This document shows positions 42,807-57,140 of a stretch of DNA of 64,000 bases, one piece after another. Numbering within the stretch: the stretch's first letter is position 1; each line of letters begins with the position of its first letter. The position numbers and the translations under genes are program-made. The notes beneath the pieces were generated by a model. That model saw only the letters and a list, made by a program, of their open reading frames with translations, was not told the DNA's origin and did not search any database. This DNA comes from Eledone cirrhosa (Eukaryota): contig OZ024745.1 of NCBI GenBank assembly GCA_964016885.1, positions 106,392,001 through 106,456,000 on the forward strand, read 5' to 3'.

Positions 42807-43454
42807 AAAGCGTACGTTTATATATACATACTTCTTGAATATTCTTGGCGAAATCTTTTAACTGTAACATATTGTTTTTATTGTAACAAAAGAGCATCAG
42901 CTATTTCTTCAAATTGGATGGATCTATTCACAATTAATCTAGTCATATGGATAATTCTTTCACATTCTTTGTTACTATACAAAGGTCATTTCACTGATAC
43001 TCTCGAACTTTCTGATCTTTAAAGATTTAAGGTTTACAATATTCGGGTGATTGTTTCTATATCGACTTGGCGATTTAAGGACAATAGTTACGGATTTCTG
43101 ACATTTACATAACTCTACGATACAGATTTTAGTCAGTTAAATTAATTCCAGTATATATTTGATCGGTACTTATGCTATTGGCACTGGAAGAATGGGGGAA
43201 TTAGTAAGCCAGGCATGAACTGAACCGAGAACGTAAAGTGATGTAACTAAATACCGCAAAGTACTTGATTCCTGCTCTACATTTTTTGACACCCAGCACA
43301 CACTAGACGTTAGGTATAATGAATAAGTGACATTTTATGGGAGAAAACTGAGTCCGAACACGCCTCTTTTTTGTACCTATTTATTAGTAAATTAATTGAC
43401 GACGACGGTCAACTGTAAACATTGGTGAAAGGAAATACTAGTAAGAACCCCCCC

Positions 43455-43487
<33 letters not shown>

Positions 43488-43509
43488 ATACTACTACTGC
43501 TCCTGCTCC

Positions 43510-43545
<36 letters not shown>

Positions 43546-43564
43546 AACTAATACTAAATATAAT

Positions 43565-44176
43565 AATGGTTTCTGATTTAGGCACTAGGCCAGCAATATT
43601 TGGGGAAGGGAGAAAGTCGATTAAATTGACCCCAGTGCATGACTGGTGCTTTATTTTATCAACCCTGTAAGGATGAAAGGCAAAGCTAAACTCGGCGGGT
43701 TTTGAACTGAAAACGTAAAGGGACGTAACGATATGCCCCAAAGCCTGATATCACTCCACCGATACTGCTAAAATAATAATTGTTTCTACTTTTGGCACAA
43801 GGCCAGCAATTACCCCAGTACATTACTGGTACTTTATTTTATCGACCCCGTAAGGATGAAAGGCAAAGTTAACCTAGGCGGGATTTGAACTCAGACCGTA
43901 AAGGGCCGTAACTATGCTGGAAAACATGGCGTCCGACTCTCTATCGATACTGCCATTTCACCGCTAAAATAATAATAATAACAATGATGATTTCTACTAT
44001 AGGCACAAGGCAGCACTTTTGGGGGGAGGAGGAAGTCGATTAAATAGACCCCAGTGCATTACTGGTGCTTTATTTTATCGAGCACGTAAGGATTGAAAGC
44101 AAAGCTAACCTCGGTGGGATTCTGAACTCAGAGCGTAAAGGACCATAACTCCATGCTGCAAAGCATGGCGTCTGAC
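43565..44176 (-). mobile_element. Three tandem Meta-like SINEs
   Basis: 43565-43770, 43775-43965 and 43988-44176, separated by ctaaaataataat. Confidence 0.87.
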
Positions 44177-44252
44177 AATAACAATAATAGTAATAGCGAT
44201 GGTGATGATCATGACGACAACGACGACGACGACAACCATGCTTCTGCTGCTA

Positions 44253-44297
<45 letters not shown>

Positions 44298-44790
44298 TTA
44301 ATGATGATGATGATGATGTTAATGATGATGATGATGTTAATGATGATGATGATGATGATGATGATGATGTTAATGATCATTTGTCTCCGCTTCACTCCGT
44401 TCACGTAACCTCTTCCTCTGTCTTCTCTGTTGATTTACAAATACAAATACAAACAGCAAATACCTGAATCCCTGCCAAATATTAGCGATCGATAAGAGAC
44501 AAACCATTTAGATAATTCGGTGTGAATCGCTTACACTAATGTTGTTTACAATGTGTCACTTGTGGCGAAAAGCAGGCAACTCCATTCCATTCCATCAACC
44601 ACTTCTAACAGAGATAGGTGTATTTAATTGTTTCGTCAATTTAGCTTCGAGACAAACAGACGTCAGGCAATTGTAGGACAATCGTTTTATAATGTTGACC
44701 ATATCACGTCCTTTATTAGGCTAGAAAATACAATTATTCGCCCTCATTCATACACATACATCTTACGAATGGTATATTTTCTTTAGTTTC

Positions 44791-44868
<78 letters not shown>

Positions 44869-46145
44869 TAGAGTGTTTGTGTGTATGTAAGTTTTAATTC
44901 TTTTGTTTGTTGTAGCTTTTCTTTAAAAATTTGTTTTATTGTTTTTGTTTGATCTTCAATAGTATTTCAGTGTGAGACGAAACAAAAGAAATATTTGTCA
45001 TTCGTTTCTTCTGATCTTAAGCAAACCTTACTTTGCTTTTATTGCCTCGAGATTCAAACAGAAGTGCCAAGTATTTTGTGATACAAAGTAGATTAAGAAA
45101 TAACAGTGATAGGAAATTACAGATACTAATATACATAGACACATATACACCCATACACAGATGAATACAAACAACAAGCAGTATGTGCATTGCATATTTA
45201 TCTATTTATTCTTTTGTCTCTTTGCCTGTCTGTCTAACACCTCTGTCTCTCTCTGTTTATATATATATATATACATGTGTGTGAGCGAGGTTATGTGTGT
45301 ATGTGCACAAAATAACACATTCAGAAAGAGTGAGTAAACCCCTGCTTTACCAAGTCCTCGAATGACTTCACAAATACTTCTTAGTTAGTTCACGTAGTGG
45401 AATGGTAGAATCTGTAGGGTGAGTTGTTTAATAACGTGCCTTGACTTGAGTTCAATTTCTATCTGAGTCAACTGATAAATATATATACTTGGTGAGGAGA
45501 ATGATTTTGGACACCTTGCAGAAGAAAAAACAAATCCTGACAAAGGGCGGAAGAACTCATAAGAGTCAACGGCCATCTAAAAAAAAAAAAAAAAAGGAAT
45601 CCTTCCAAATCAATGGGTGGCAGTAGTTCCAGCTGCACGCATCAAAAGACTGGTGTAGTGGTTCTGAGAACAATGCGGCTTTGCAGATGATCAATGCAAA
45701 TTGATAATGGAAAGGCGCTACCGCTCGAGACGACGAGAACTATTGACCTTCAGGAGAAGCAGCAACCCCTGATTGTATTCAGCTACCGAAACAAATATGA
45801 AGTACACCAATTCCAATGCTCCTAGGGGCGGCCTCAGTGTAATCCATATGTTGAAAATGTTGTAGGTTAAAATAAATCCCGGAAAACAATAAAACATTAA
45901 AAGGAAAACAAAGTCATGATATAAGTGAAAACAATGAAATTAAAATTCAAGTCATTAGAAATATACTTCACTGCTTTACGATCGTTTCTAGGTGATGATA
46001 ATACATCGTAACCATACTTCGTTATCGGTCTATGTAAGGTTAGTTACAAAATATTAGATAAGGAAAATATTTACTTACATGCATATCACCAGCTGTTGTC
46101 AAAAGCGATATTTATATATACGCGACCATGTTTCCGAAAGATATA

Positions 46146-46176
<31 letters not shown>

Positions 46177-46264
46177 CTTTCGGAAACATGGTCGCGTTAG
46201 CCAACAACATAATCTACCCACCCACATAATTATGTTAACATCTGATGACGTCACACTGTTGCAG

Positions 46265-46312
46265 GTCGGTGTTTTAACGATTGCGCCACAGCTCCATGCT
46301 GGTGTCACAGAA
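46265..46312 (+). other. Candidate 48-nt exon
   Basis: ctgttgcag|...GAA|gtaagt; a TGACGTCA palindrome lies ~12-19 nt upstream. Confidence 0.3.
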
Positions 46313-46959
46313 GTAAGTATAGTAAATATGATTATTTAATTTCTGCCTTAATGTTTACTTCATATATGTTTGTGTGAGTCTCTGTGAGTATATGTGTATT
46401 GATATATTAGTTCGATTTGTACGTACTTTGCATCTTTCTCTTTGTTATTCCCATAACTAACTTGATTGATTGTTTATGTATTTATTCTGCTCTTTGAATT
46501 ATCCACCAATGTGTTTTCCTATAAACGGCTGATTTCAACCGAACTCTTCTTTATAAGGTAATGTGCTGCTGCTCCTGCCTGAAACTGTTATCGGAATTAT
46601 ATGGCAGTTTGAGTGTAAATCCCACTTTTTTAGTCATAGCCGGTACTAAAGAACAACCGTAATCACTAGAGGAATTGAAACAACATATTAGGTAGGAGCA
46701 AAAGAAAAACAATCAAATAAGCAAATAATTGGAAATCATTGTATTTAACAGATTATTTTCATGTCTCGAAAATAAGATGAAAGACACACCATAAGCAACA
46801 TTGGATATGCTTTCAATGTGTTGCATATTAGTTATCTTTGCTTTTAATATTAGCTTTAAAACGAGCCAGATTTACCATCTACGTACTTATATATGTCACC
46901 GACAAGTATTTTTATGTGAGACAAGTATGAATAATATGGTTTGTATTAAAATGGATTAC

Positions 46960-46995
<36 letters not shown>

Positions 46996-47807
46996 ACTTA
47001 CATTAACAACATTTTGTGCTTAGAATACTTTTGTGAAGGCTTCTGGTGATACATAATATACGTAAGCAATGTCTTCATATTCTAACTAAGATACTGGGCT
47101 CTATATATTGCAGCTTCGATTGCAGGCCGTACATATCTAAAGGGAATAAGTAGGGTCACTTCTGCAAAATATGAATTTAAAAACAATGTTTTAGTGTGAA
47201 TTAGGAAAAGGGAAAATACAGCTTGTACTACAAAATCTTACACAGATTTAATTGACTATTAACGGTCTCTAGAATTGCGAAGCAGTACGATCCTCTCCAC
47301 CCTTGTTTGGCCTACTTAGAAACAGACTACGATGTCTCTCGCTCAAAGAGCATACTACCTTCTTAAGAAACTAAGGATACATTGAATAATGTAGTTCTGG
47401 ATAAACTATGTCTAAAAAAGATGCATGAGAAACAGTTGCATCTTTGGTCATATATCTGCACATTCAGAGTTGATTTTGAACTAATTAGAAAACTCAGCAC
47501 ACTTCCCACCGTATTACATCCTCCAGAAAGCTGATAATTTCAATTCTTTCATAATTCTGTGTGAAAGTCTGCATTTATAAATTTTCTAAGACATACTACA
47601 CTCGAATATATAGACATTTCGCTAAGGTAAATATAATTATTTATAAAGTTTATTACATTTGTGGTAGTTACAATGGAAAATGGACTCACATAGCCCTAGT
47701 ATGTCTTTCAAGCATGGTGGCGGATCACCATATTTGGGGGTGTTTCAGGATATGAATGTGAGTATGTGGTAAAAGAACTATCTTTATTTGTATATGATCA
47801 TTATTCT

Positions 47808-47994
47808 GTGAATTGGCAGTATCGGTAGAGGGTGGGACGCCATGCTTTGACGCATGGAGTTACGGCCCTTGCCATTCTGAATTCAAATACCGCCGAGGTT
47901 AACTTTGCCTTTCATCCTTACGGGGTCGATAAAATAAAGTACCAGTAATGTACTGGATAATTGCTGGCCTTGTGCCAAAAGTAGGAACAATTAT
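47808..47994 (+). mobile_element. Meta-like SINE (short-tail form)
   Basis: Family similarity. Confidence 0.88.
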
Positions 47995-48569
47995 TCCTAT
48001 AGGGAGCTTGTAGATCTTCAGGCATGTATAATTTCGTCTTGACAAGAAATGCAAATCTCTGTGAAAATGAAGTGCAAAACAATATTATGGTATTTCATAT
48101 ATTAATTTAGTGATCAGACCTGCGTGAGCATGCCTATAATAAATTATTTTCGAATTGCATCTTAAGAGTTAAAGAGTATTATTGTATATCATAGACTACA
48201 ATGTCCAATGTGTTCTTCCTTTATAAGGAAGCTGGAAAATGTAGCGATTACATAGTCTTCCGTATTTATTCCTCTCGAACGAGGACGTCGGTGTTTTAAT
48301 TGTACCTATGAAAGTTTGAACGCAAATGAGCACTGGTAAATCAAAACATACCGATCCACACATGAAATGATAGACATACCTGCACACACTCACAAAACCA
48401 CATACAGGCACAATTACCTAGCTATCGTCTAAATTTCAATAAATGAGTCCCGCATCTCTCCTTTTTGGTGAGGAATTAATAAAAAATAAAATTATACATA
48501 AATACTGGCATTCACGCATATATACATACATATATATATACATAGATACATACCACATTGAGCACCTTG

Positions 48570-48792
48570 ACCGACCGCTGGTCACAGCACGTCGTGCTCT
48601 TTTAGCTATAAGATAACGCCATCCCACTGGGTGGGTGGGCAGGCAGGTACTCATTTCTACAGCTGAGTAAACTGGAGCAACGTGGAATGAAGTGTCTTGC
48701 TCAAGGAAACAACACATCACCCGGTCCGAGAATTGAACTCACAACCTTTCGATTGCAAGCCCAATGCTCTAACCACTAAGCTATGCGCCTTC
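48570..48792 (-). mobile_element. tRNA-derived CORE/V-like SINE
   Basis: A box tagcttagtggttagagc, B box gagttcaattc, ccttgagcaagacactt motif; 3' part differs from the 11691 copy. Confidence 0.75.
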
Positions 48793-49005
48793 ACACATAT
48801 ATTCATGTTCACACTTATATACGTATATGCACACAAATGGAAAAGAAACATTTAATATTTATTCAATAAGACATGTGAAATTTTCAGAATATCGAAATAG
48901 ATTAAATATAAGGGAAGGGACCAGTCTAAGATGTTATTTTCCCCAAACTAAGGTCATATATAATTATATCACTAACGATAAGGCAATATTCGCTAGCACA
49001 TACAA

Positions 49006-49037
<32 letters not shown>

Positions 49038-49074
49038 ATCTATCTATCTATATATATATTAAGCATATTAACTT

Positions 49075-49147
<73 letters not shown>

Positions 49148-49213
49148 CTCTCTCTCTCTCTCTCTTCCTCTCTCTCTCTCTCACACACACGCAAACTCGC
49201 TCTCGCTATCTGA

Positions 49214-49254
<41 letters not shown>

Positions 49255-49519
49255 CGTAAGTACGTACGTATGTATGCATGTATGTACAAAAAAAAAGATC
49301 GTTTAACATGAACCCGAAACACAGAGAAAGCCAACTATATATTCACTTGTTGTCGACCTAAAGAACACAGCAAAGTAATATAAGTTTGGAAACAATGAAG
49401 GAAGTTAATCTTAGCACTTATGGCGTTTTTTTTTGTTTTTTTTCCGGTGTAACTGCTTTATTTACTTTTCACAGAATGACTAAAATTTAAAGATCGTAAA
49501 AGAGTAAATAAAAGAAAAA

Positions 49520-49922
49520 GAGAGGTTATACATCTTAATTCGTATGGTGAGCAAATGGGGTCCCACGTGCTGGCCTTCCCACAGCCCCGGCGGACAGTAT
49601 GGAGAAGGCGTTTCTCTGGTAAGGGGGGGGGGGGCGCTGGAAGAGATATTCCAACTCGCGAGGCTCATACCTGCGGTTGGCCAGGTTAGCGCCTATGGTG
49701 GGGAATAGGGAGGTAGCCCTAGGGCCAAAGATACCAGAAGTATCCAGTGTGAAGTGCACGACCGCAAACCTCTCGGAGAGCGACCGGCACTTGGAGGGTT
49801 TGGCCTCCTCGGTCCGACGTGCAGCAGTACCTGGGTTAGTCACAGACTGCACCAGGTTGCGGCTGGAGAAAGTGTCGCTGCAAGTGATATCCCAGATGAG
49901 GAGTTTGCCGTTTGCCACCGCG
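49520..49922 (-). mobile_element. 3' fragment of a CRE-like (REL endonuclease) non-LTR retrotransposon
   Basis: GKLLIWDITCSDT..AARRTEEAK..K..L..DTSGIFG..A..IG..L..YLFQR..RNA. Confidence 0.78.
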
Positions 49923-50293
49923 GAACGGGAATATTGAAACAATTTGCCATCACCTTTGTTAATACCACCATCTGACATGATTTCTCCTTCATTACATTTA
50001 TAAGGTTTTGTCTTTAGCCTTTTCCTTTTTGTCCATTTCTCCTTCCATATTTTTGCGTTCTTCTTCTGCAGTCACAAATGATAAACATTGCATGTCAGAA
50101 TTGGCAGCAAGCGGAGACACCAACAAGTTTTCTTTGGCGAAGAAGTTGGGCTGACTTTATTTTTATCACATTTTGTCTCTCAAGAACAACATGGCGGGTA
50201 AATGTGACCAGTCATGCAAGCTGAGTAAAAACAACTAGTCGAAAAAGATTTGATGGAAGCGGTAAAGGTGGTGGTAACGTTTAGTAGTGGCGG

Positions 50294-50419
<126 letters not shown>

Positions 50420-50484
50420 CGTAAAACTAAAAACAATATCATTTGTACTGCCTCTGTTTTTTGTTTTCTGTTCATTTATTAAAC

Positions 50485-50544
<60 letters not shown>

Positions 50545-51049
50545 TGTGTGTGTGTGTGCCTGCGTGTGTGTGTGTGTGTGCGCGCGCGCGCGTGCGTGTG
50601 TCACTGTGTGTGTGTGTGTGTGTGTTTATAATTTAAACTATGTGCACCCCAAAGCAAATACTAGTGGACAGAATTGCCTTGCTCACGTGCACAACCACTA
50701 TGAACATATTTTCGTCTCCAAGGTTATTTTGCTCGATTTTCTAAATACTTGTTTATAATGATCGACTATGATTTGGGCAATTTGCTTTGAGTCGCATATA
50801 TATATTTAACTTATACGTCAGTGTAGAGCTAGTAAGCCATGACATACCAGGAGAGTATCGAGTACTCCTTACAGTTGGTAATCAAAAATAGCTAGTGAGA
50901 CAAGTAATAAAAAAATATATAAAAGGGAAAAAACAAGATAAAATAAAATGAAATGAAAATTTCAAATATTGAAGGCCAATGGAGGAGGGGTGCAGATTAT
51001 GCATAAGAAAACGAAAAATAAAATAAAAATAGGAAACAAGGGAAGCTGT

Positions 51050-51378
51050 AAAACAGGTCGAAGTTTCTTTTGTTGAATCTTTTCGTAGCTTCCATGTACT
51101 AAAAGATTTTGTTTATATTTGGGAGACCTGTAATCATATATTGAACTTCCAACCTTGATAGTTCTTTAAAGATTGATTTAAATATAGCCTCTCTCTCTCG
51201 GACTGATAACTTCTACATTGGAACAGATAGTGCCAAAGAATTTCTGGAGAGTTACCACAAGAACATAGATGTGAAGTTCTATGACCTGTTCTTGGTAGAA
51301 TGTAGTTTGAAGCAAGCATTGTCTTTTTTTCATTTGCATTACTCAAGTTTTGAATCTTGTCAAATCTGGTTGAGAAAG
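51050..51378 (-). mobile_element. LINE C-terminal remnant with CCHC knuckle
   Basis: LCSCGNSPEILWHYLFQCRSYQSERERL. Confidence 0.55.
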
Positions 51379-51609
51379 TGGGATATATATATATATATAT
51401 ATGTGTGTATGTGTGTTGTTATATTTGGGGAGGGTCATGTTGTTATAATATTGCCAGAATTATATAATAAAACACACTGTTTGGTTTGGATTGGTTTTCG
51501 CTTCCGTATATTTTACATCCCTATAGTAATTTTAGCTGGCAATCAATGTTTAACATTGATTGACCAACAGTTAAACATATAGGTATAAATATATATATAT
51601 ATATATAGA

Positions 51610-51681
<72 letters not shown>

Positions 51682-51881
51682 GGACACATCTAATCAGACT
51701 TTTAGCAATTTGACTCGATATTTAATATTCGCTGTTGAATTGCTCGTACGATTAGGTTGTCATTCTGCATTATGACATGCTAGCAAAGCAAATCTGAGTC
51801 AAACTAGTAATAAAAATATTCAAGCAATGCGGCATAAATAATTATTTGAATGGTCTTTTCATTCCTTTGTACATATTTCTT

Positions 51882-51996
<115 letters not shown>

Positions 51997-52311
51997 ATAC
52001 ATACATAGACAATGATATATATGTGGGCGGGTTTGTCTCTGTACGTACACATATCAAATAGTTGTTGGTGTACAGAATATCGTTTACAAAAAAAATCTGG
52101 ATGAATTGAAATTTACGTTCTATATGGAGAATGAAAAAGAAATGATATCGGCAAACATTGTTGATTCAAAAACGAAAAGGAGAGATAATTTAAAGAATTT
52201 TGGTATTATTTTCCAAACGACTCGTTCTTGTGCTGGTTGTGTGTAGGTGTGTGTGTGTGGAGAGGGAGGGAGAGAGAGAGTGGGTGAGGGAGAGAGAGAA
52301 GTGAGAAAGAG

Positions 52312-52361
<50 letters not shown>

Positions 52362-52493
52362 AAGAGAGAGCTTAACGAAAATGCTAAAATATAAGCCCTG
52401 GTCTAAAAAAAGCTTCTAAAAGCAAATATCCCCAAATTTGCACTCATTCGCATTCGGAAGACTCAGCAGAATATGTGCCAACATGAATAACAA

Positions 52494-53908
52494 ATAATTG
52501 TTTCTACTTCTGGCACAAGGCCAGCAATTATCCCAGTGTATTACTGGTACTTTATTTTATCTATCGACCCCGTAAGGATGAAAGGCAAAGTTAACCTCGG
52601 CGGGATTTGAACTCAGACCATAAAGGATCGTAACTCTTTGCTGCAAAGCATGGCGTCCGACCGTCTACCGATACTGCCAGAGATCATTCTATCCAGAAAC
52701 AATATACAACCTAGACATAAATTGGCTATGTTAAATCTATCAATGTTACATTACATTCCACCATTTACACAATTATAAAATTCGAACGCTTACTTCAAGC
52801 GTAAGTGCAAAGTAACAGAAGTATTATTTCATGGGATAGGGCGGTGGATTGGTAGTATCGGTAGAGGGTCGGACGCCATGCTTTGCAGCCTAGAGTTATG
52901 CCCCTTTTACGGTCTGAGTTCAAATCCTGCCGAGGTTAACTTTGCCTTTCATCCTCACAGGGTCGATAAAAAATAAAGTACCAGTCACGCACTGGGGTCT
53001 ATTTAATCGACTTCCTCCCCCCCCCCAAAAAAAAAGAAATTACTGGCCATGTGCCTATACTAAAAATCATTATAGGGCGGTGAATTGGCAGTATCGGTAG
53101 AGGGTTGGACGTCATGCTTTCTAGCATAGTTACGTCCCTTTACAGTCTGAGTTCAAATACCGCCGAGGTTAATTTTGCCTTTCATCCTTACGGGGTCGAT
53201 AAAATAAAGTACCAGTAATGTACTGGGTAATTGCTGACCTTGTGTCTAAAGTAGAAACAATTATTTCAAGGGATGAACAGTAAAAGGAAATATAAAGATC
53301 AAATATAGAAAGGTATATAGCATTTAGGGATGCCACCCCTGTCTGTGCAGCTCACATGATCAAGTTATCGCAGGCAACACTCACTGAGCATTGTAAATAT
53401 AACCTTAGAGTTGGTAAACTCGTGTCCCATGTGATACACGAGATTTTGCGAGACAAGCATTTTAATTTCACATTTTATTATTAGTATTTGGGTGAATTGG
53501 CAGTATCGGTAGAGGGTCGGACGCCATGCTTTGCAGCAAAGAGTTACGGCTCTTTATGATCTGAGTTCATATCCCGCCGAGGTTAACTTTGCCTTTCATC
53601 CTTACGGGGTCGATAAAATAAAGTACCAGTAATGCACTGGGGTCAATTTAATCGACTTTCCCCCTCCCATACAAAATTGCTGGCCTTGTGCCTATATAAT
53701 AAACCATTATTAGTATTTGGGTGAATTGGCAGTATCGGTAGAGGGTCAGACGCCATGCTTTATAGCATAGTTATGTCCCTTTATGATCTGAGTTCAAATC
53801 CCGCCGAGGTTAACTTTGCTTTTCATCCTTACGGGAGTCGATAAAATAAAGTACCAGTAATGTACTGGATAATTGCTGGCCTTGTGCCAAAAAGTAGAAA
53901 CAATTATT
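52494..53908. mobile_element. Cluster of five Meta-like SINEs (52494-52679 -; 52838-53072 +; 53073-53265 +; 53490-53710 +; 53719-53908 +)
   Basis: Family similarity; two long-then-short tandem pairs. Confidence 0.9.
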
Positions 53909-54699
53909 AGTATTTGTTTGTTATTTTTGTCGTAATATGTTAGTGATATTTCGCTACTATATAAAAGAGTGCGGAGGACAAAGGCTTGATAAATCTTAAA
54001 CTTGCTTTTCAGTGTAAGATTCTTGTTCTCCCGGGTTTATGTTTGTGGGTTTAACTAGCGCAGTAGTTGCATTACAGATCTGTTCATTCATTTATTTCAC
54101 CGTTTACATACAAGTTGTCGGTTTTGATGGCGCTTACTCCTTTATATATATACATATGTATGTATGTATTTGTGTTTTACTAACACAAATTATTTCTTTC
54201 TTACAAAGAATACCTTGTTTCTCTCTGACACAATACTTACTTACTTAAAACTGGTCTCTCTTACTCCGATAACTGAAGCACACACACACACACTCATTTA
54301 TATATATATATATACACGCATATATATATATATAAATATATTCCTCTGTGTGTGTGTGAGAGAGTGTGTATGTAGTATTTGTGTGTTAGTGTTGTTTTGT
54401 GTGTGTATATATGAACGAATGTGTATGTTTATGTGAGTGAGTGCGTCTGAATGCTAGAAACTGTGCGTGTATGTATTAGATGTTACCCATGGGGGAGAGC
54501 ATGCTTATACATACTCATGTATGTGAATAGGTGAGAGCATACCCTCTCTTCCTACGTCCAATCAAATAAAGGTGTTACAGGTACTTCAACGATGTCCATA
54601 TGCAAATAAATCACTGACATAATGTTTACAAAAACCTAAACGAATGTCAGATCGGGTGACAATTCCGTCTCTCCTTTCCTATTTCCTCTTTAATCTCTC

Positions 54700-54787
54700 T
54701 GCTTTTTTCCTTATCTCACTCTCATTATCTCTGTTTTCTCTTATCTATGTACCTCCATTTCTCTCTCTCTCTCTCTCTCACCTTGTT

Positions 54788-54823
<36 letters not shown>

Positions 54824-55570
54824 ACCTTTGCTCTTTCTTATTTCTATTCTCCTTCTTTTCTTTATTTATCTCTGTCTCTATGTGCCGCTCTAATTTATCT
54901 CTAGCCCCCCCCCCCTCTCTCTCTTTCTCTCTCTCACCTTTTTCTCTCTCTCACCTTTCTCTCTCCCCCCCCTCTCTCTCTCTCTCTCTCTAACCTTTGC
55001 TCTTTCCTTTTTCTATTCTCCTTCTCTTCTTTATTTCTCTCTGTCTCTATGTGCCGCTCTAATTTATCTCTAGACCCTCTCTCTCTCTCTCTCTCTCCCT
55101 CTCTCAATCTATCCTTATACCACCTCCTTTAACATGTCCTCTTTCTCCTTGTCTTTCCCTCTCTCTCTCCCTCACTTTCCCTCCCCTCACTCACTCTCTC
55201 TCTCTTTCCCTCTCTCTCCCTCACTTTCCCTCCCCTCACTCTCACTCACTCTCTCTCTCTCTCTTTCTCTCTCTCTCCCTCACTTTCCTTCCCCTCACTG
55301 TCACTCACTCTCTCTCTCTCTTTCCCTCTCTCTCCCTCACTTTCTCTCCACTCACTCTCACTCACTCTCTCGCTTTCCCTCTCTCTCTTCCTCACTTTCC
55401 CTCCCCTCACTCTCACTCTTTCCCTCTCTGTCACTCACTTACCCCCCTCCACATTCTCTTTCCTTCACTTTATCTCCCCTCACACTCTCACACTCTCCCT
55501 TTCCTCCTCTCTCTCTCCTTTTACTGTTCCATTTACTCCTTCCAGTCTTTTACATCCACTCTTTATCCCT
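54700..55570. repeat. (CT)-rich polypyrimidine low-complexity tract with internal ~95-bp duplication
   Basis: ctaacctttgctcttt..tgtgccgctctaatttatctctag occurs at ~54821 and ~54990. Confidence 0.9.
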
Positions 55571-56081
55571 ATTTGTTTAACTCTTTAACTTTTTCTTTTC
55601 TATTCTGTATTTATTCTGACTCATTCCTTTTTACCCCTGTCCTTACCCCATTATTTTTGTCTCCCTTTCCCCTATATACCTCATTACACTATTTTCACAC
55701 CTTCTCTCCTCTATTTGCCACATTCTCTACGAAACTTGTACCACTCTTCTAATTTGTTTTTTGTGTTTCTACATTTTACTTCATTTCTTACATTTATTCC
55801 CTAAGTCTTTTACATTTATACTTTTCTTATCATTTCTTTGTTTATTTTATGCAATGTTTGCCTTTCTTTACAACCATACGTTTTACTATTTTACTTTCAT
55901 TACCTGGTTTAAAACATTGGAATGTGGTCATGTTAAGACACTAACATCAAAGCTTTTAGTTGTTTGTAGCGTCGTCAGTATATAGTTCAATCTAGAAATT
56001 ACTTTTGCTCTCTCGATTTTTCGAAGTGCTATGTTGCGTTTTTTTAATTTTCTTTTACATAAAAGGGTGCGATTTTACAGT

Positions 56082-56125
<44 letters not shown>

Positions 56126-56134
<9 letters not shown>

Positions 56135-56339
56135 AGATCAAAAGATGGGTAAATGAGTTCCATGTATTTTATTATGCGCATTTCAAAAACAAATATCATC
56201 ATGCAATAACATTTGTGTTTTCATCAGATAAAATATGAGGACATGATATGAAGGTTAAAAACACTTGTGGATAGTGCAGTTTTAAATCAACATATCTTTA
56301 TTGCTTTATTGTACTACAATAAAACTCACCTCCTACATA
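56126..56339 (-). mobile_element. Family B element with hammerhead at 56167-56233 (minus)
   Basis: TTTTAT-CTGATGA-[12-bp stem II acaaatgttatt/gatgatatttgt]-GAAA-TGCGCA-TA-ATAAAA, joined to an opposite-orientation tail. Confidence 0.8.
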
Positions 56340-56361
56340 TATATAGATATATATATATATA

Positions 56362-56455
<94 letters not shown>

Positions 56456-56463
56456 TAAACGGA

Positions 56464-56497
<34 letters not shown>

Positions 56498-56527
56498 GTA
56501 TATATATATGTATACATATATTTATAT

Positions 56528-56843
56528 ATATTGTTATACTTGGAGAGGGTCATATTTGTGCAATAATATTGCCAGAATTAATAACAGAACACACTCACTC
56601 TTTGGTTGGTTTTCGCTTCTGTGTCTTTTATATCGGTTAATTTAATTTATTCGGTCCTCAATGTTACCATTGACTGACCAACGGTCAGAATTACAGATAC
56701 AATATAGACACAAACACATATATATATAGTCTAACAAAGTTCTTTCGTTGCACATCTACAACATCGTCAGTGGTACTATTATGTTTCCTCCCGTTGTATT
56801 GTATTGTTTCGACACACGATTTCATATAAAAAACCTCGCAAAA

Positions 56844-56848
<5 letters not shown>
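56528..56848 (-). mobile_element. Family D element with hammerhead-like motif at 56732-56775
   Basis: tacca-CTGACGA-tgttgta(gatg)tgcaac-GAAA-gaac-tt-tgtta; opposite-orientation tail ends cgcaaaacta. Confidence 0.65.
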
Positions 56849-56874
<26 letters not shown>

Positions 56875-56877
<3 letters not shown>

Positions 56878-57054
56878 TTTATCCAGGGTTCAATCGGGGG
56901 TAACCACAGTAAGTAAGGTACTCAATACATAGCAGAGTATAAATATAAAGTATAGAAATATAGAAATATAGAAATATAAATATAGAAATGGCTTCTACAG
57001 GGCTTCCTGGTGATTTCTCCCGAATGAAACACTTCTAGAAGCCATTTCTATATT

Positions 57055-57058
<4 letters not shown>
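56875..57058. mobile_element. Small fold-back with degenerate hammerhead at 57001-57043
   Basis: GGCTTC-CTGGTGA-..-GAAA-cacttc-TA-GAAGCC; 23-bp inverted arms; tail contains TTGAGTACC on the minus strand. Confidence 0.5.

Positions 57059-57132
<74 letters not shown>

Positions 57133-57140
<8 letters not shown>

Noticed and set aside
47285-47370. Possible LINE C-terminal remnant (PLFGLLRNRLR)
   Set aside because: Similarity too weak to call.
49923-50070. Possible PIF/Harbinger transposase N-terminus (IWKEKWTKRKR...DGKLFQYSR) interrupted by the CRE-like LINE
   Set aside because: Needs a frameshift and stop read-through; resemblance by eye only.
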